64,000 nucleotides of DNA from Klebsormidium nitens (GCA_000708835.1 DF237070.1:122701-186700); one strand, 5' to 3'; numbered from the stretch's first letter, positions 48,711 to 61,794 are shown. A program made the numbers and translations. The notes: a model not told the origin generated them from the letters alone.

Positions 48711-50090
48711 GTAGACGTGTCTTGTTCGTGAGATTTCGTCGACTGAGAGGGCGAAGAGTAGCATCGTGGCCCGTGTCTTACAAGAAGCCGCTCCGTTCTG
48801 GCGTTCTCATGGTTATTGTGCTATGGCGCTACCAGCATACTGAGCGTGGTTTAAGAGGAGCACGGCTTTGAACCTGTACAGTCTGCTTTGAGTTATGTCG
48901 GTATGTGCTTGAGGAACAACACTGTACATTAGGGCACTGCACAGATCCAAGAAAGCTTCAATGTGAATAGTATGTCCACCAATCTAGTGTACATAAGGTA
49001 AAGTATTGAACAGAATCGGACGGTACTCATGAGGACGATTGTTGGGGTTTTTCGATGTTATTGCCTTTGGCGCTCCCTAGCACTAGCCGCCCATATCGGA
49101 TATGATCTAATCTTTGCAATGTCAGTGTCATGCAGTGTCGCTAGACCTATCTCGGCGTTTCAGCTGTCTTTCGTAACCGCAGAGTTTGCATGATCCGACT
49201 TGACTAGCTCACTAGCAGTAAGGCTTATATACAACAGCTCGGTTAGCACGTGATTGTTATTATATGCCTCAGGCTCGTCTTCGGCGCATGATCTCACTTT
49301 GTTCTTGTTAATCTTCCTGTATTCACTAGTGGCTCAAGGAGGTACGTTTGTATTTACCCGAATTAGGTATCGGAAAACGTTGCGCTCTTGCAACAATCAA
49401 ATTTGTTGACGCCTGAATCTTGATCGAAGCCCTCGATCAAGAGTCAGTTGTCGATCACGAGATGGAATTGCCAAACTTTAAAAGTCACAGTATATTCGCA
49501 GCAAGCTAGCTCTTACGTACCCGGATGGCATGAGGATCTTATACAAAGTATGACAGCAATTACGCAGAATCCGATCAGTAATCATCATGTGTTCATCTGA
49601 AGTGTTTTAATTTGATTGGAGTTTGAACCCGCGAGATTAGGCTCTTAGGGTCTTAAAGGTCCTTAGCTCTACATGCCTCTCAAGTTTGGGCCGCTCGGTA
49701 GGGGGCTCTTCCATTCCCCAAAGCCCGGCCCGGTTTCGCCCCGTATGGTCCCGTGGGGCCGCCTTCGGCGACCCTGACCCCTCAATTTCACTGCAAACAA
49801 CGCCCCGACCTGTACAACAACTTTTGGAAGGGAATCAGGGAAAGGAGAGAGGATGCATACGTACAGATAGATGCTACATCAGAAGGCCATCATTTGGAGG
49901 GTCTATTTATTTACTTACTGGTACCTGTTGCCCACCCGGTACCGCCATGTCATGCTGCTCAGATGCCAGCAAAGCAAAGTACGGTGCTGCAAAGTCAGCT
50001 GTGACTTTCTTAGTTTCTTCGTGCGAGGCGCAGCCGGGGCCCCACTGCCCAGTGTTTGACTGTTGACAAGAGCCGTCACACCAGGCAAAC

Positions 50091-50330
50091 GTCAGCCGAC
50101 GGAATTGCCACCCGGCCGACTCAACCGAGGGGCGTCGGCCGAAAAGCCGACGCAGACGGTAGAATCGATTATATTTCAGCTAGGGGTTTGGCTGACACAA
50201 GCCGACCGGTTCAGAGCTGGTCTAGCCGACTGACCGGAGAACAGTCGGCTCCAAGCCGACAAAATAAAAACCTCGCGTCGAACGCTGAGCCGGGCCCGGC
50301 TGCCGCAAGCCGATATCAGGCTCAAACGGC
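50091..50330. repeat. Cluster of GCCGAC motifs in both orientations
   Basis: About 8 (a/g)gccgac or gtcggc matches plus variants (gctgac, gccgat) in ~240 bp with irregular spacers. Confidence 0.75.
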
Positions 50331-50954
50331 AAAACTGTACGGCTTCCTTTCAAATGTCGCCATCCGTGAATCCGTCGTGTGCACACTGAGTGCCGGCGAC
50401 TGCGGAAGACAGATGGCGGCGGCGAAGTTGCGAACCCGTTTGCCGAACTTGAGATGAGTCGAGAACAGACTGCACCGCGAGCCTTCACGACAGTGACATC
50501 ATATTCTGACAATATAAGCAGGTACGGTATGTACCCGACGTCCGCTGCCCGCACTGGCAGCCACGGTCCACCTTGAGTCTGATGGTGGAGCGTGAGCCTG
50601 CCGTATTAGGTACTAACTAGGCGCCTAGACTCGGGCTAGACTCTAGGATCATCCAACGGATTCGGACGTCTCTGGTGTCTGCTGTCGACTGGGCCCGCAT
50701 TGCTTCTTGCTGCCTGATATCCGGCCTGATATCGGATATGATTCAGTGCCTGGGCAAGATTAGTTTGCAGCCCTCGACTGCTCGACAGCGTTTCTGTTTT
50801 TCAAGGACTTCGTGTGGCCGTCTTTCACAAGGTTCAGGACAGAAGGTACTTGTGAAGGCGCACAGGAAAGCCGCCACAGCGGCTCAACAAAGTTGCCTGA
50901 CTCCGCGCATGCCAAGAAGCTCACCTTTAGCAGCCAACATCCCCCAAGTCCAAG

Positions 50955-53900
50955 ATGGGAGCTTCTCTGCGGAGCTCCTTCGTCCTCTTCCTGACGGTCG
51001 CGTTGCTTGCGGCTTCGGGCCCAGCCCCTGCACTGCGTCCTCACGGCACCTTGAGTCCTTCAACGGCCCTGAGGAGAACGACCTCTCCTTCAGCAACATC
51101 AGTCGGCTGATCCCCAACGTGACCAATCTCTTCAACGAGTGCTTGCAGGCGCCCGTCAACATCACCGAGTGGCAAAATGAGGTGGGTGACTATATCACGT
51201 CCTTTTACCAGAAGCTGCGCAATGCCACGCTCCTTCCGGGGGGCGGTAACGTAACGGTTGTGCGTCTGGCAAATGGGAGCTTGTCTATCGTCAATGGGAA
51301 TGTCACCGTCTCCCCCACGGGCCAACTTATCATCAACGGGGGCCTGACCACCATGGGGTCCTTCAACGGGACGCTCAGTCTCAACCAAACCCGGCTGCCC
51401 AACATAACCAGCGTCGCTACGTCAATCCTTCAGAAAGTTGCAAATCTCACAGGGAGCAACAGCACGCTGGGGTCGTTGATTGGTGGCATTCTGGGGGGGG
51501 ATCCCCCTGTTCCGGATTTAAACGCCACAGGTGTTGACTTGCCATCCATTGTCTTCAGCCCCAGTCTATTGAGCAACACGACCCAGCTTTTGAGCTACAG
51601 CCCCGTGACTCCGGATGCCATCATGCTGCAATACTTCCAAAATCTCACAGCAGCGGCACTGGCCGCGATTGCCCCCGGCACCCCGGCAAGAGCAGGTATG
51701 AGGAATTGAAGGATTTGGCTTTTGTCTTCTCCTGGTGGCTCTTGTGTTCTACAGTTGGAAGAGAAGGTTGCCGGCATCTTTGATCTCTTGTTGGGTTAAA
51801 GTCTGAAGCTCAAACGATTCCTGTCTCAACTTCTGTAATGTAAGAAACTGTTTTCAACTCGGTGAAGTTCGCAGAACCACTCTTGGCCCACTTGCTGCTG
51901 GTTTTGACGATTTGACAAAGCCTATCGTGTAAGTGTTCTTGTCACATCACGTCTTGCAGGGGGAGTGCTTTGGATCATCAGATTCTACAAATAACCCGCT
52001 TTTAACTTTGCTCCAAAAGTGGGGACCCTCTTTTTGGGGCCCTTCTTATGATCACCTGGCTTGTGCTCAATCAAATCTCTTTCAGCGTGGTTTGATTTCT
52101 GTCAGGATACAGTGCCTGTCAAGTTGCAGCCTTTGTCTGGCTTTTGGGTATTTTCGATTGCCGCTCTCCCCTTTGATCAGCGTTGTGGCTTGCTGGCTGT
52201 ACATTCGTTTGGGCCAGATCATTTAGCAATGGTTTTCGCGTCTCGGGACACTGCTTTTGCCATAGGAAAAGCAGCGCCACTTTGGAATGTCCCTTGCCAG
52301 CATGACGACATGTCTCTATGGTGTGGCTTGGCGCACTGTGCATTTGGCAGTGGTACTAGTTTCCGGACCCTTTTTCTGAGGACCGGCTAGATGAGTGTGC
52401 TCAGAGGGAAACTCTCTGGCTTGCATTTCCTAAGCATGCATCTGAAGCGCACAGATGTTGAGAGGGCAGCGCGCCTGGCAGAGGGGGAGTTCCCTGGCTC
52501 AGTATAGCAGTAATAGGAAGCAATTCTCTGTGGATAGGGCGGTCTGAGAACTTGCCAAGGTGTCAGAAAAGGGAAAGCTCAATTTCCCTTGGAGCCTTCC
52601 CTTTCTGGACCTGACATTGCCCCCCTCTATCCGAGGCTAAGAAGTTGAAAGTTGCTTTTCAAAGAAGTTTATCCTTCTTTTGATTCTGGTCCCTCTTGTC
52701 ATTTGACGAGAAGGCGAAACTCTCTGTATACCGATTACCTTTTGGCTCATCAGCGTTTCTGTTTACTTCCGCAGAAAGCGGCCCCCTCAACCTGAACCGC
52801 ACCCCAGCCCCTCCCGAGGCCGCATCCACCACATCCCGGGAACTGCATGGCGGCTTGGCCCCGGGTAGTCCAGACATTAAGGTCTACTTCTTCGTGATTG
52901 TGGCAGTATCGACCGACAGAGCCGTCACGTACGAGATACTCGCCAACCAGATTGCGAAGATGAATGAGCACTTTGGAGCCTTGGGTCCTTTCTCGCGTTT
53001 TGTCCTTGCGGCGGCAGTCAGGATCACGAACCCAGATTGGGTCGACAGGGACCCGGACACAGATCAGAAAGTGCTCGAGCAAATGCAATCCCAGACCAGG
53101 ATAGGAGGCCCTCAGGTAAACAACAGATTTCAGCTTGCAAAAGGTCCTCTGAAGCTTGTTTTCGCTGTTCCCTTCTGTTGTTTAGCTAGGTATATATGCT
53201 GCTTGCACGTCATGCTGAGTCCCTTTCTCTTCTGTAACAATCAAGAGATCCGGTACGGATGTGATGCTTGCATTATGCTCGTTCACTCGTCTGTCATGCG
53301 TGCTATTTTGTCGTCCTGTGTCATAAAATTTTAGCGAATGATGATCGTAGATGAGAACAGCATCAGAAGGCTCTCACGCCTCTGGACGCGTCCGGCTATT
53401 CCCAAGGAGAGATCAACGATGTGTCATTCACCGCATTCAGGTTGTTGGGCACTTTCCAGATCCCCATTGCAAATCCTGGTTCGATTCTCTGCATCCCTCA
53501 ACCTCGTTTCCTCGGCCTGTGCAGGAGCTGAATGTGTGGATCACCACCTTCTCTGTGTGTAACGACTGGAACGGTTATGCCCAATCACCATGGTATTACC
53601 AGAAATACCCCAAGTCGGACGGCATTGTGCTGAGTAAGTACACGCTGCCCATGGAATCGACGCACCCCAACTACCGGAAGTATCGCAGCCTGGGCATCAC
53701 GGCCACGCACGAGACGGGACACTGGCCTCTTCCACACCTTCGCTGTGAGCAGCGCACAAGCACAGGGACGAAATGGACTCGATCCTCGCTTCTTAGTACT
53801 ACAAGAGACCGGTCCTTACCTTCCAAGTCTAAACTCAAACGAGTTGCCAGAGTTCGTCCTCCCTTTGACCTCCTTGATTGAGCGATGGTGGCAAGCTCTT

Positions 53901-54317
53901 ATTGCGGAACCAATGCCTGCGCAAAGATGGTCCCGATGCAAACTTTCGGATTTGGTTGCGCCGTGACGCGTGAGCTCGGTTCAAAACCCCAGCATTTTGT
54001 CGGACAAGGCGCTGCTTCACGTCCGACAAAGCATTGGCAATCCTTCTGACTCTGTGGAGTATCGCCTGCACTTCGGGTGCGAGGGTATTTCACATGGTGA
54101 CATGATTGACGACACCCCGCCGGAGGGGACCCCCACCGACGGCAACCACTGGTGCCTCGAACCAAAGTACTCGTGCGCGGCAAAGAACGGGGCACCCCCA
54201 CTGGCAGACCCGATTGAGAATTTCATGGACTACGGGCTGTGCAGGCGCACGTTCACGGCCGGCCAGATCACCGCGATGAAGGAGAATTGGCCGTATTACC
54301 GGTACTACCGCAATTAA
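50955..54317 (+). pseudogene. Secreted zinc metalloprotease, peptidase M43 (pappalysin/ulilysin) family, with two apparent frameshifts
   Basis: Signal-peptide-like MGASLRSSFVLFLTVALLAA from 50955 is out of frame with the main ORF. Exons ..51695, 52775-53115 and 53525-53744; last exon ends at 54317. Motifs NQIAKMNEHF, LNVW, DGIVL, TATHETGH-[W]-(GLFHTF out of frame), GDMIDDTP and ENFMDY (Met-turn) followed by FTAGQITAM. Confidence 0.8.
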
Positions 54318-55421
54318 GCGGGTGGTTGAAGCGGGTTGGCAAACTTTTATCTGTGAGTTGGTCATCCAAAATTGAATCGTAAGGTGGAATCACCAGCTGC
54401 GTTGTTTCTAGAGCAACGAGGTTGAAGGTGACGCACGCGATGAGGGCCACGTACAAGGACTGCCCTGGTCAGAGTCGGAATCGTCCTGATCTAGGCCCTC
54501 TCGGGTCCCACCCGACTTTGACCCCCTACTAACTCCATCTAGCTGTCTTGCAGTTCCAACCCCGGCCATGGCAATGGGCTATGCCCGCGTGGCGGCCAGG
54601 GCCGGTACGAAGCCCCCTTCCGCTATGTGCTCCTTGGGTATATCCTTAGGAAGAAAATGTTTTGTGTCCTACCCCCTGATCTTGGTGAGTTGTGGGCTTT
54701 CGGCTGGCGTCTATGGTTGGAGAGGTCCACACTCCTCAACCTTTAGTCCCCGGGCATATGACCTCCTTAGTGCCTCAAAGGCAATACAAAAAGTCCAACT
54801 TGATATGGGTCAAGTCTGGACCATTTCGTGACCTGAAACGTTTCGTACGGGCCAAGGGTTTTACAAGGATTTAAATTCGTACTTCCAACAGGCTCAACTA
54901 GTATTAGAGAACTGGTTATTTTATGAACTTTTTTTTTTTAAAATGACAGCTCTGGTAAAAAGCTACCGGTACACAACATTCGATCACTATTCAGGTACGT
55001 ACACAACGGCACATGATGACATGGCTTGATATGCAGTAATTCATGATGCCTGATCGGAACGCCACTTGACTTGTGATCCATACAGATCCAATGCATATAC
55101 CTGCTTGCATGGCGGCGCATGCTTCGTAATTATAAGGGGCTTGACCAATTGTGTGCACGCGTTGTTGCAAGATGTCTAGCTTGACGTCCTACCAAGCTAC
55201 CTATACGTGTGTGCAAGCCTACCTCACTGAAGCTCACAGCAATCATGCAATCATTGAAAGTACTACACTATGTTATGGATCGATCAGAAGTTGGTGCCTA
55301 ATGCTGGCATCTAATTGTGCAAGGCCTGCACCAATGTTTAACGTCGATCAATCTATAACCAGCTAGAAGTGGAGCTCAACTATACAATCCAACCGAGTCA
55401 ACTCAGTCAGAAGGCAACCTA

Positions 55422-58181
55422 CTATGAGATGACCTCGAAGACGGATGCCGGGTTTGCCCAACCCCTTTTGGGCGCATACCCGACTTTGTTCTGCTTCTCT
55501 TTCCTATCCACTAATGGCGCTTTGACAGCTGTCTGCGGCGGTAATTTTAACCGCTGGCTTTGCCGCTCTAAGGGGAGCCGTCCCGCTGGATTGCCCAACT
55601 TTCTTTCGTAAGCGAACGGTTTTCTTGAAGGGTATGGTCTTTCGCTCGCATTCCTGACTAGCAATTTGTCGACCGAGCGCGTGCGCTGCGCTGCTTGCAC
55701 AGATGCACCACTTCGGCCACTACCAACGTTCGCCGCCTTTATTGAAACTAAGCGTCCTCTGACCGGTTCGTTATCGCTCTGCTCCAGACAGGTCGCTAAG
55801 TCGGTCCATGTCAGCGAAGACCCCCAGGGGATCCCCCTCGCGTGCCCGGGGTCACCTCCCCAAGAGCTGTTTCCCGTTGCCGCTGCTTCCCCGGGAGCAT
55901 TTCCCGACGGCTCGACGCCTTCCGTCAGATCTCCGTCCGCCCACCGCACTGAAGACCGGCCTCCCTTGCTGACTTCCGCTCTTTCAATCACAAGATCGTT
56001 TCCTGATTCCGGCCCCTTCTGCTCCGTTCCTAAGGCCGGAAACCCCTTGCTTCCGCTCCTGAGGGCAGCCAGCTCCGCCCGCGCTTCTGCAATCTCTCGT
56101 TGGAGAAGCTCAGACGGGACAAGCACTGGACCATTCCGTTCCGGTTCCCTGAAAACGCTCCGCGCTCCCTCACCCTCGGTCCGAGCTTCACCCACCTTTG
56201 TAGCGAAAACCTGCCCGCCACTCGCCTTGTCAATCAATCCGCTGGTGACAAGCTGCTGCCGTACGTGGGCGGAACCGGAACCGGAACCGGAGCCGAAACC
56301 GAGAGCTGCCGCTCCTGACCTCAGCGCGAGCAGCTCGCGCGTCAGCTGCGCGACGCTCTCTTGCAGGGCGACCACATCAGCAGCCGTCCCCGCTGACGTC
56401 ACCTGCTCACGCAACTTTGACAGCCCTCCGTCAGGATGCGCATCCCTTTCTGTCAACGCCACTGGGCTGCCGAAGCCCCCGGAAAACCCCTCGGCCGGTT
56501 CGCTTAACCGGCCGGGGTTAACCCCTGCCCTGACCCCGCCCACCACACCCGCTGCTAGGTAAGCAAATGGTGCATCGACTCGCTGCCGTCCCACAGCACC
56601 AACTTCTGCTCGCTGCAGGTTGTCGACTTCGGCTCTCAGCGCAGCCACGCTTTCCTTCATTTGCTGAAGTACACCCAGCGTCACGGCGTCGGTTTGCGCT
56701 GCCCTTTGCCCACTTTGGTTCTCACTCTTCTTGCGTTCGCGGAAAAACTTTCTCCGGTCCCCTGTCTCGACCCGCGACCGGCCGGTTTCTGGGGCGGCCA
56801 AGCTCTGCGCTACAGCCTTAAGCTGAAGGAACTACAAGCAGTCCGGCATTCGTTCTCGGTTCTGGTTCCGTTTCCTCCCGTTCCGGTCTGCTCGAGCTTT
56901 CCCTTGCGTCACTAACGGCCGTGACCTCCCGTCGCAGCGCCAAAAGCTCGTTTCGAAGCGTCGCCAACTCTTCCATCGACCCAACCGTATTTAAATTGCG
57001 GCCGTCAGCAAATCCGCTCTGCGCGAACTCCGGCCCCGGAACTCTTCGTACTTCCCGGCATCGAGACTTCCCCTCGAGGTTTGACACGTGTCGCCCATCC
57101 GAAGAGGTTGCATCCACAGCTGCCACGTGGCTCGAGCGCAGAGCCGCAACGGTTTGCCCCACTGCCCGCATCTCTTGCTGGAGCTTCGCAATCGCTGGAG
57201 AAGATGACCGGCGCGGGTCAACCTGCAGCCGCGTTGGCAGACCACTGCCCGTCACAAAACCCTGCTCGCCAAAACTAAGGCGCCCCAAAACCGTCTCCTC
57301 AAAACCCTCTCGCCGTCCAAGCTCGCCCCCACGCGACGCTTCTTCACCGTCCGCAAAACCAGAGACCGTCCGCACTTCGTCTCTGGAGGACCGACGCACA
57401 GTCCGCGACTTCAGTGAACCTTCATTTGCTCCCGGCGCGTCCGTTAACCCCCCCGGGTTTGGACTCGGTTCAGTATCGTTGCCTCTCCGTGCGACAATTG
57501 CCTCCGAAGATCCTCATTCTCGTTCGCCAACTTCCGTAACAGCGCCAAACCGTCGGTGCCCAAACCCCCAAACCCTCCGACGTTTCTGCCTGCGTCCCCA
57601 AACCCTATCTCTTCGTTCTGCGTGGCCCCTAATCCTAAACCTTCGGCTTGAGCGCGCGCGTTCTCGAGGATCTCCGCAAGGCGCGCCACTTCCGCCTTTC
57701 GTGCGGACAGCTCCACACGCAGCGCGGACGCCTCTTCCGTCCGAAGTCTCTCTTCGTGCGTCCGAACCGTCCGCTCCTCGCTCAGTTTCTCCACCTCTTT
57801 CTGGATGCTTTCCACTTCGCCCTTTAGCAACTCCACTTCCGCGTCCCGCGCCGCCAACGTGCTCTTCACGAAATGCGCATCGTCTCTCTCCCTTTCCCGC
57901 TCCTCCTTGACTTCTCGACTCTCATTCTCAAATTCCTCGACCTTTCGCCGGCTCTCTTCCAACAGCCCGTCCAGTCGCTCCACTTCTCTCCCATGCGCTT
58001 CGACCTGCTCCGCCAACTTTTGCGACGTGGCGTCGCCACGTGCTCTTCCATCGTCCGCAGGGCGTCCAGAAGCTCCGCGACCTTGGCCTCGTACTCGCCC
58101 AGCAGCTGCTGACGTAAGGACGCCTCGGCCTCCGCCTTGTCGCGCTCCAGGGCCGCGAGGGCGGCCGCGTTGGCGCCCTGC
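55422..58181 (-). pseudogene. Coiled-coil / low-complexity protein gene broken by at least three frameshifts or stops (copy 1)
   Basis: Acceptor ttcctgcag| at ~58178 leads to GANAAALAALERDKAEAEASLRQQLLGEYEAK. Coding-like frames continue as ORFs 57444-58316, 56818-57399 and 55422-56801, switching frame at ~58035, ~57450 and ~56830. Repeated E..ALR amphipathic motifs. Confidence 0.65.
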
Positions 58182-61100
58182 AGGAAAGGAGTGAGAGTTG
58201 TGGAGCGGTCTGACTGAAATTTTCGAATGACTTTGTTGACACCTGATAGGGTTCCCGACGAACTGAGTTGAGACTACTATTCTGGCCCTCGAACCAGGTT
58301 GGCGAGGTTGAAGCAATCACCGGGATGCCGCTTGAAAATCAACGTTGACTGAGCCTCTGCCACATCTTTATCTCCCACTTATCAGGTCAGCCACTGTAGG
58401 GCTTCCCGACCACTGCTGAGTCTAGTCTCAAAAGGGTCCGAGGGTTCTCTGCTGAAAACCCTTAGAGCCTGCAAAGTTCTTCCTTGTTGTCTAGTCTCAC
58501 ATTGTTGGGTGGAATTCTTCCTTGTCATGCGCTGTCTCATCTCAATCTGACATCTTCAGTTTTGGAGCTTTCAAGCTTCGGGAGCTCAGTCCTGCCCAAA
58601 AGGTGTCGGGGTTCATCATCAAAGCTTTGAGTCTCTTGTGAGCCTAGAATACTTACCCTGTTCTGCTTCTGGTGCCGTTATCCGACTTCTAAGATGCATG
58701 CAACTGCATAACCCGTTTCCAGACGGTTCCCCTTTTCCTGTTGAGTCTGACGGGTTGCTGTCTATCTCTGTGGTCTGAAAGGCTTTTCCTTTCAGTTGCC
58801 GTTTTCTCCTCTAGTTCTTCCATGTGTTTCTCTCGCTTTCCGCCACGCTTGAATCTGCTTAGGCAAGAGTCTTCACCAATGCTCCGAAACATGAATGATA
58901 TATAGCTGTCGAGTGGCCATTGAAGTTTGCTCTCGACGAGGCTTGAACTTAGCTAATCTCGATGCTCTGTAGAACTGTGGGATAAGGTGTCACTCAAAGC
59001 CGAGTTCGCGTGATGAGTCTAATGCTACAATGCAGGAGCCCAGAATCAAGCTTTGAACGAACGGACGAATCTTGATTGCCCTCGTGTGATTCAACTTCTT
59101 TTCTTTTAAGCAGGACTCTTTGGCACAGCGCCGGCGCCCATCACGTTCTTCAAGGTCGTGCATTGGCGCTCACGCGAGTTCAAGAACAAGATCGACAATC
59201 TGAGTCATCGGGGGCTGGGACGGACGTCTTCGCGAATGTTAAAATCAATGTGGAGCCGTTCGACGTCAAGCCCAGGTGCGCGGGGAGTGCATCGTCCAGA
59301 TCGTCAAAATGGCTTTCTATTTTTGATCCCGCTTCCGGCGTCAGCGTTTGTTTTGGTGCCGATGAGCCAGCTTTGGCAGGTAATTAGCTAGTTCCGGAAC
59401 CCCAAGAACTGAGTTCCAAGACGATCTGACCAATTCACTACAGTGGTTTCAGACTGCTTTTGATCTTGGGCAATCATGCCGAAGTGAAGCATCTGAACGT
59501 GATTCAACCCGCCTTTCGCCTTTGGTACCTGTGCTTTTGTCATTGAGTCTTTCACAGAGGCCCTGAACTCTTCCACTGAAGCTCGGAGGTTGGGAAACAC
59601 TCTGAAATCAGAGCTTCTCCCCTCTGGCACGTGAACCATATACGAACCGAGAAAGAAATCGGGCCTTTCGCAGGCGGCCCCGTACATTGGCAACTCTGTC
59701 CTTTAAGTCTTGGAAGTCGTCCCCAACTTGTGCGCCTCATCTTCTGCGTCCGCCGCCACATCAGCAGCCACGCTGGACTCTGCGTTCTCTTTCAAATACT
59801 CCCTCGACGCATTCTTTCTTTGGCTCCACAGAAGGCTGCTTTAACAGCGACGCTCGCATTCTCTCCCAATGGGCTTTGTAGTTTATCCCATCGATATCGC
59901 CTGTGCAATCCCTTGCAACCCTTTACAAAACTTTACAACGACCCGGCACAGCAGGATCAGAAACATAATACCATTCCTTCCTCAAAATCTCAACACGCAG
60001 ACTACTACGACCAGACCCTGGAACCCTCAGGTAATTTACCTGCAGATTGTCGGCGACGCGCGCGCGCTCGTCCAGACGGCAGCATCTCCCAGCCGACGTC
60101 CTGCGCGAGCGGCTTTTTCCGGGGGTTCCGGACGTCCGGCTGCGGTTCTTCTGGTGCGGACACATCGTACCCGGGAGAGTATCTTACCCGCCGCGCTGCG
60201 CTAGGTGCCCACCGGACGGCTGTTCGACGGCGGTTCGAGTTCCGACTAGGTGAGAAACCGTCTCGCTTCTTCTTCTGGAGATGTTGCCTTCAGACGCACG
60301 ACCGGACGACGTAACTCGAGTCGAGCACTCGACGTTCCTTAACACGGAACCGGAGCGAATGGAAACACTCACGGATTTGGCAGTCAGTCGCCGACCAATT
60401 ACAGCTTGCCATGTCAGCACTCAGAGGTAGATGGAGCAGCTTTTCCACCGCCAAAAGAACGGCCCTTCGAGTGGGCATCACGTTAGCATGTTTCGAACAA
60501 GTCTTTTCTTTTTCCTGGAACCTGGAGAGACTTCAGAGCATACGACACACTTGAGCTTTTCTCCCACCTCTAGTTACAGTAGAAGCAGCAATTTTCTCAC
60601 ATACGCGACTAAGCGACTCGGCCTTTTGAAAGTAAGGCAGGAATATGAAATTGACTCGCGGAGGGACTGCTCTTAATCTCCCCTCGTGCATCGAGGAACC
60701 TAACCGAGTCCGGCTTTCTCTTGTCTGTTCTGCAGAGATTGCCAAGGATGGTGTACGTCAGCATGGCCTTTGGATCTGCAGAGCGTGGTCCCTCACGGAG
60801 GCACACAAGAGCTCGGCGGGACAAGTCTTCTGCAGTAAGGTGAATAATACTTCCTCTAGCATAGTAGCCGACTTCGTTTCGGGTGACTAGGAAAAAACGT
60901 TTTTAAGAGCAGACGCTTCGCAATTTCGCACTTCCGTTCCACGTCCCTCAGCCCCTTTCTCTATCTCGGCCTGTAGTATGAGGAAGGTCCAGATGTAAAG
61001 TCAAAAACCAACAAAACGTCAGACTCTGATCAAAGTCTTTCACTGTTTACGTGCGGCAAAGACACAAAAGACCCTGAGCGCAAGAACGGAAGCGTCGAAC

Positions 61101-61794
61101 TTCATCTACAAGCGAACTTTTTGGCTCGGCTCAAAGCTAACACTATGATGTTCTTTCTTGTGCAGGTTACAAGTACATATTACATCGAGTGCGGCGTAGT
61201 TGACCTAGCTAGGGCTCGGGCAGGACGTTCGTCGAAACAGTGAAGCGATATTCTTGTGAAAAAACACTGGCTGGAAATGCGCCTCTACACTCGGTACTCA
61301 TTGACCTCTCAAGCTTCTTTTGCCTCGAAAGTCGTTGTTTAACCCACGTAAGTGGCTCACATTCACCGCATTTCCAGTCGTCGAAGCTGTGACGCTTTGT
61401 TCCATCTTGTCGTCGGGCGCAACGCCGGCCGGTGTTCTGTCTTGCCTTTTGTCTTGCATCTTCTGCGTTTCCACGCTCTTCGACGTGGGCTGTAGCTGTC
61501 AATCAATCAAAGTCATGTTTACCGTCGTACCAAGTCAAAGCGTTGTCTTGCAAGGCTTTCGGGGTTATTGGCTCCCATTCTGTTCTTAGCCGCGAGTCCT
61601 GTTTCCTCGTGAAAGCTGCTCGTGTTGTTTTGGATTTGAATCCGCTCGCTTTGGAGTTCTTCTAGCTTTTCGCTGACTTTCTTCGATTCTGATTGCTCTT
61701 CGCTGTGAGAAAGACGCAAGCTTGCGTTAGTGCTCCATTGCTGAAGCATACGCCCTTCGATTCTCATCAAAAGTACCTGGTTTTCGTTATCCTC

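Noticed and set aside
49740-50010. Exon-like fragment HCKQRPDLYNNFWKGIRERREDAY
   Set aside because: Isolated, with no recognisable family or partner exons.
50675-50954. Upstream GTG start of ORF 50675-51709 as the M43 N-terminus
   Set aside because: It has no signal-peptide character; the out-of-frame ATG at 50955 gives a convincing one.
54500-54900. Retroelement or MITE fragment
   Set aside because: No RT, integrase, LTR or TIR signature could be confirmed by eye.
61209-61770. Minus-strand ORFs as upstream exons of the coiled-coil gene
   Set aside because: Composition is plausible, but no consistent splice path to 58178 could be built.
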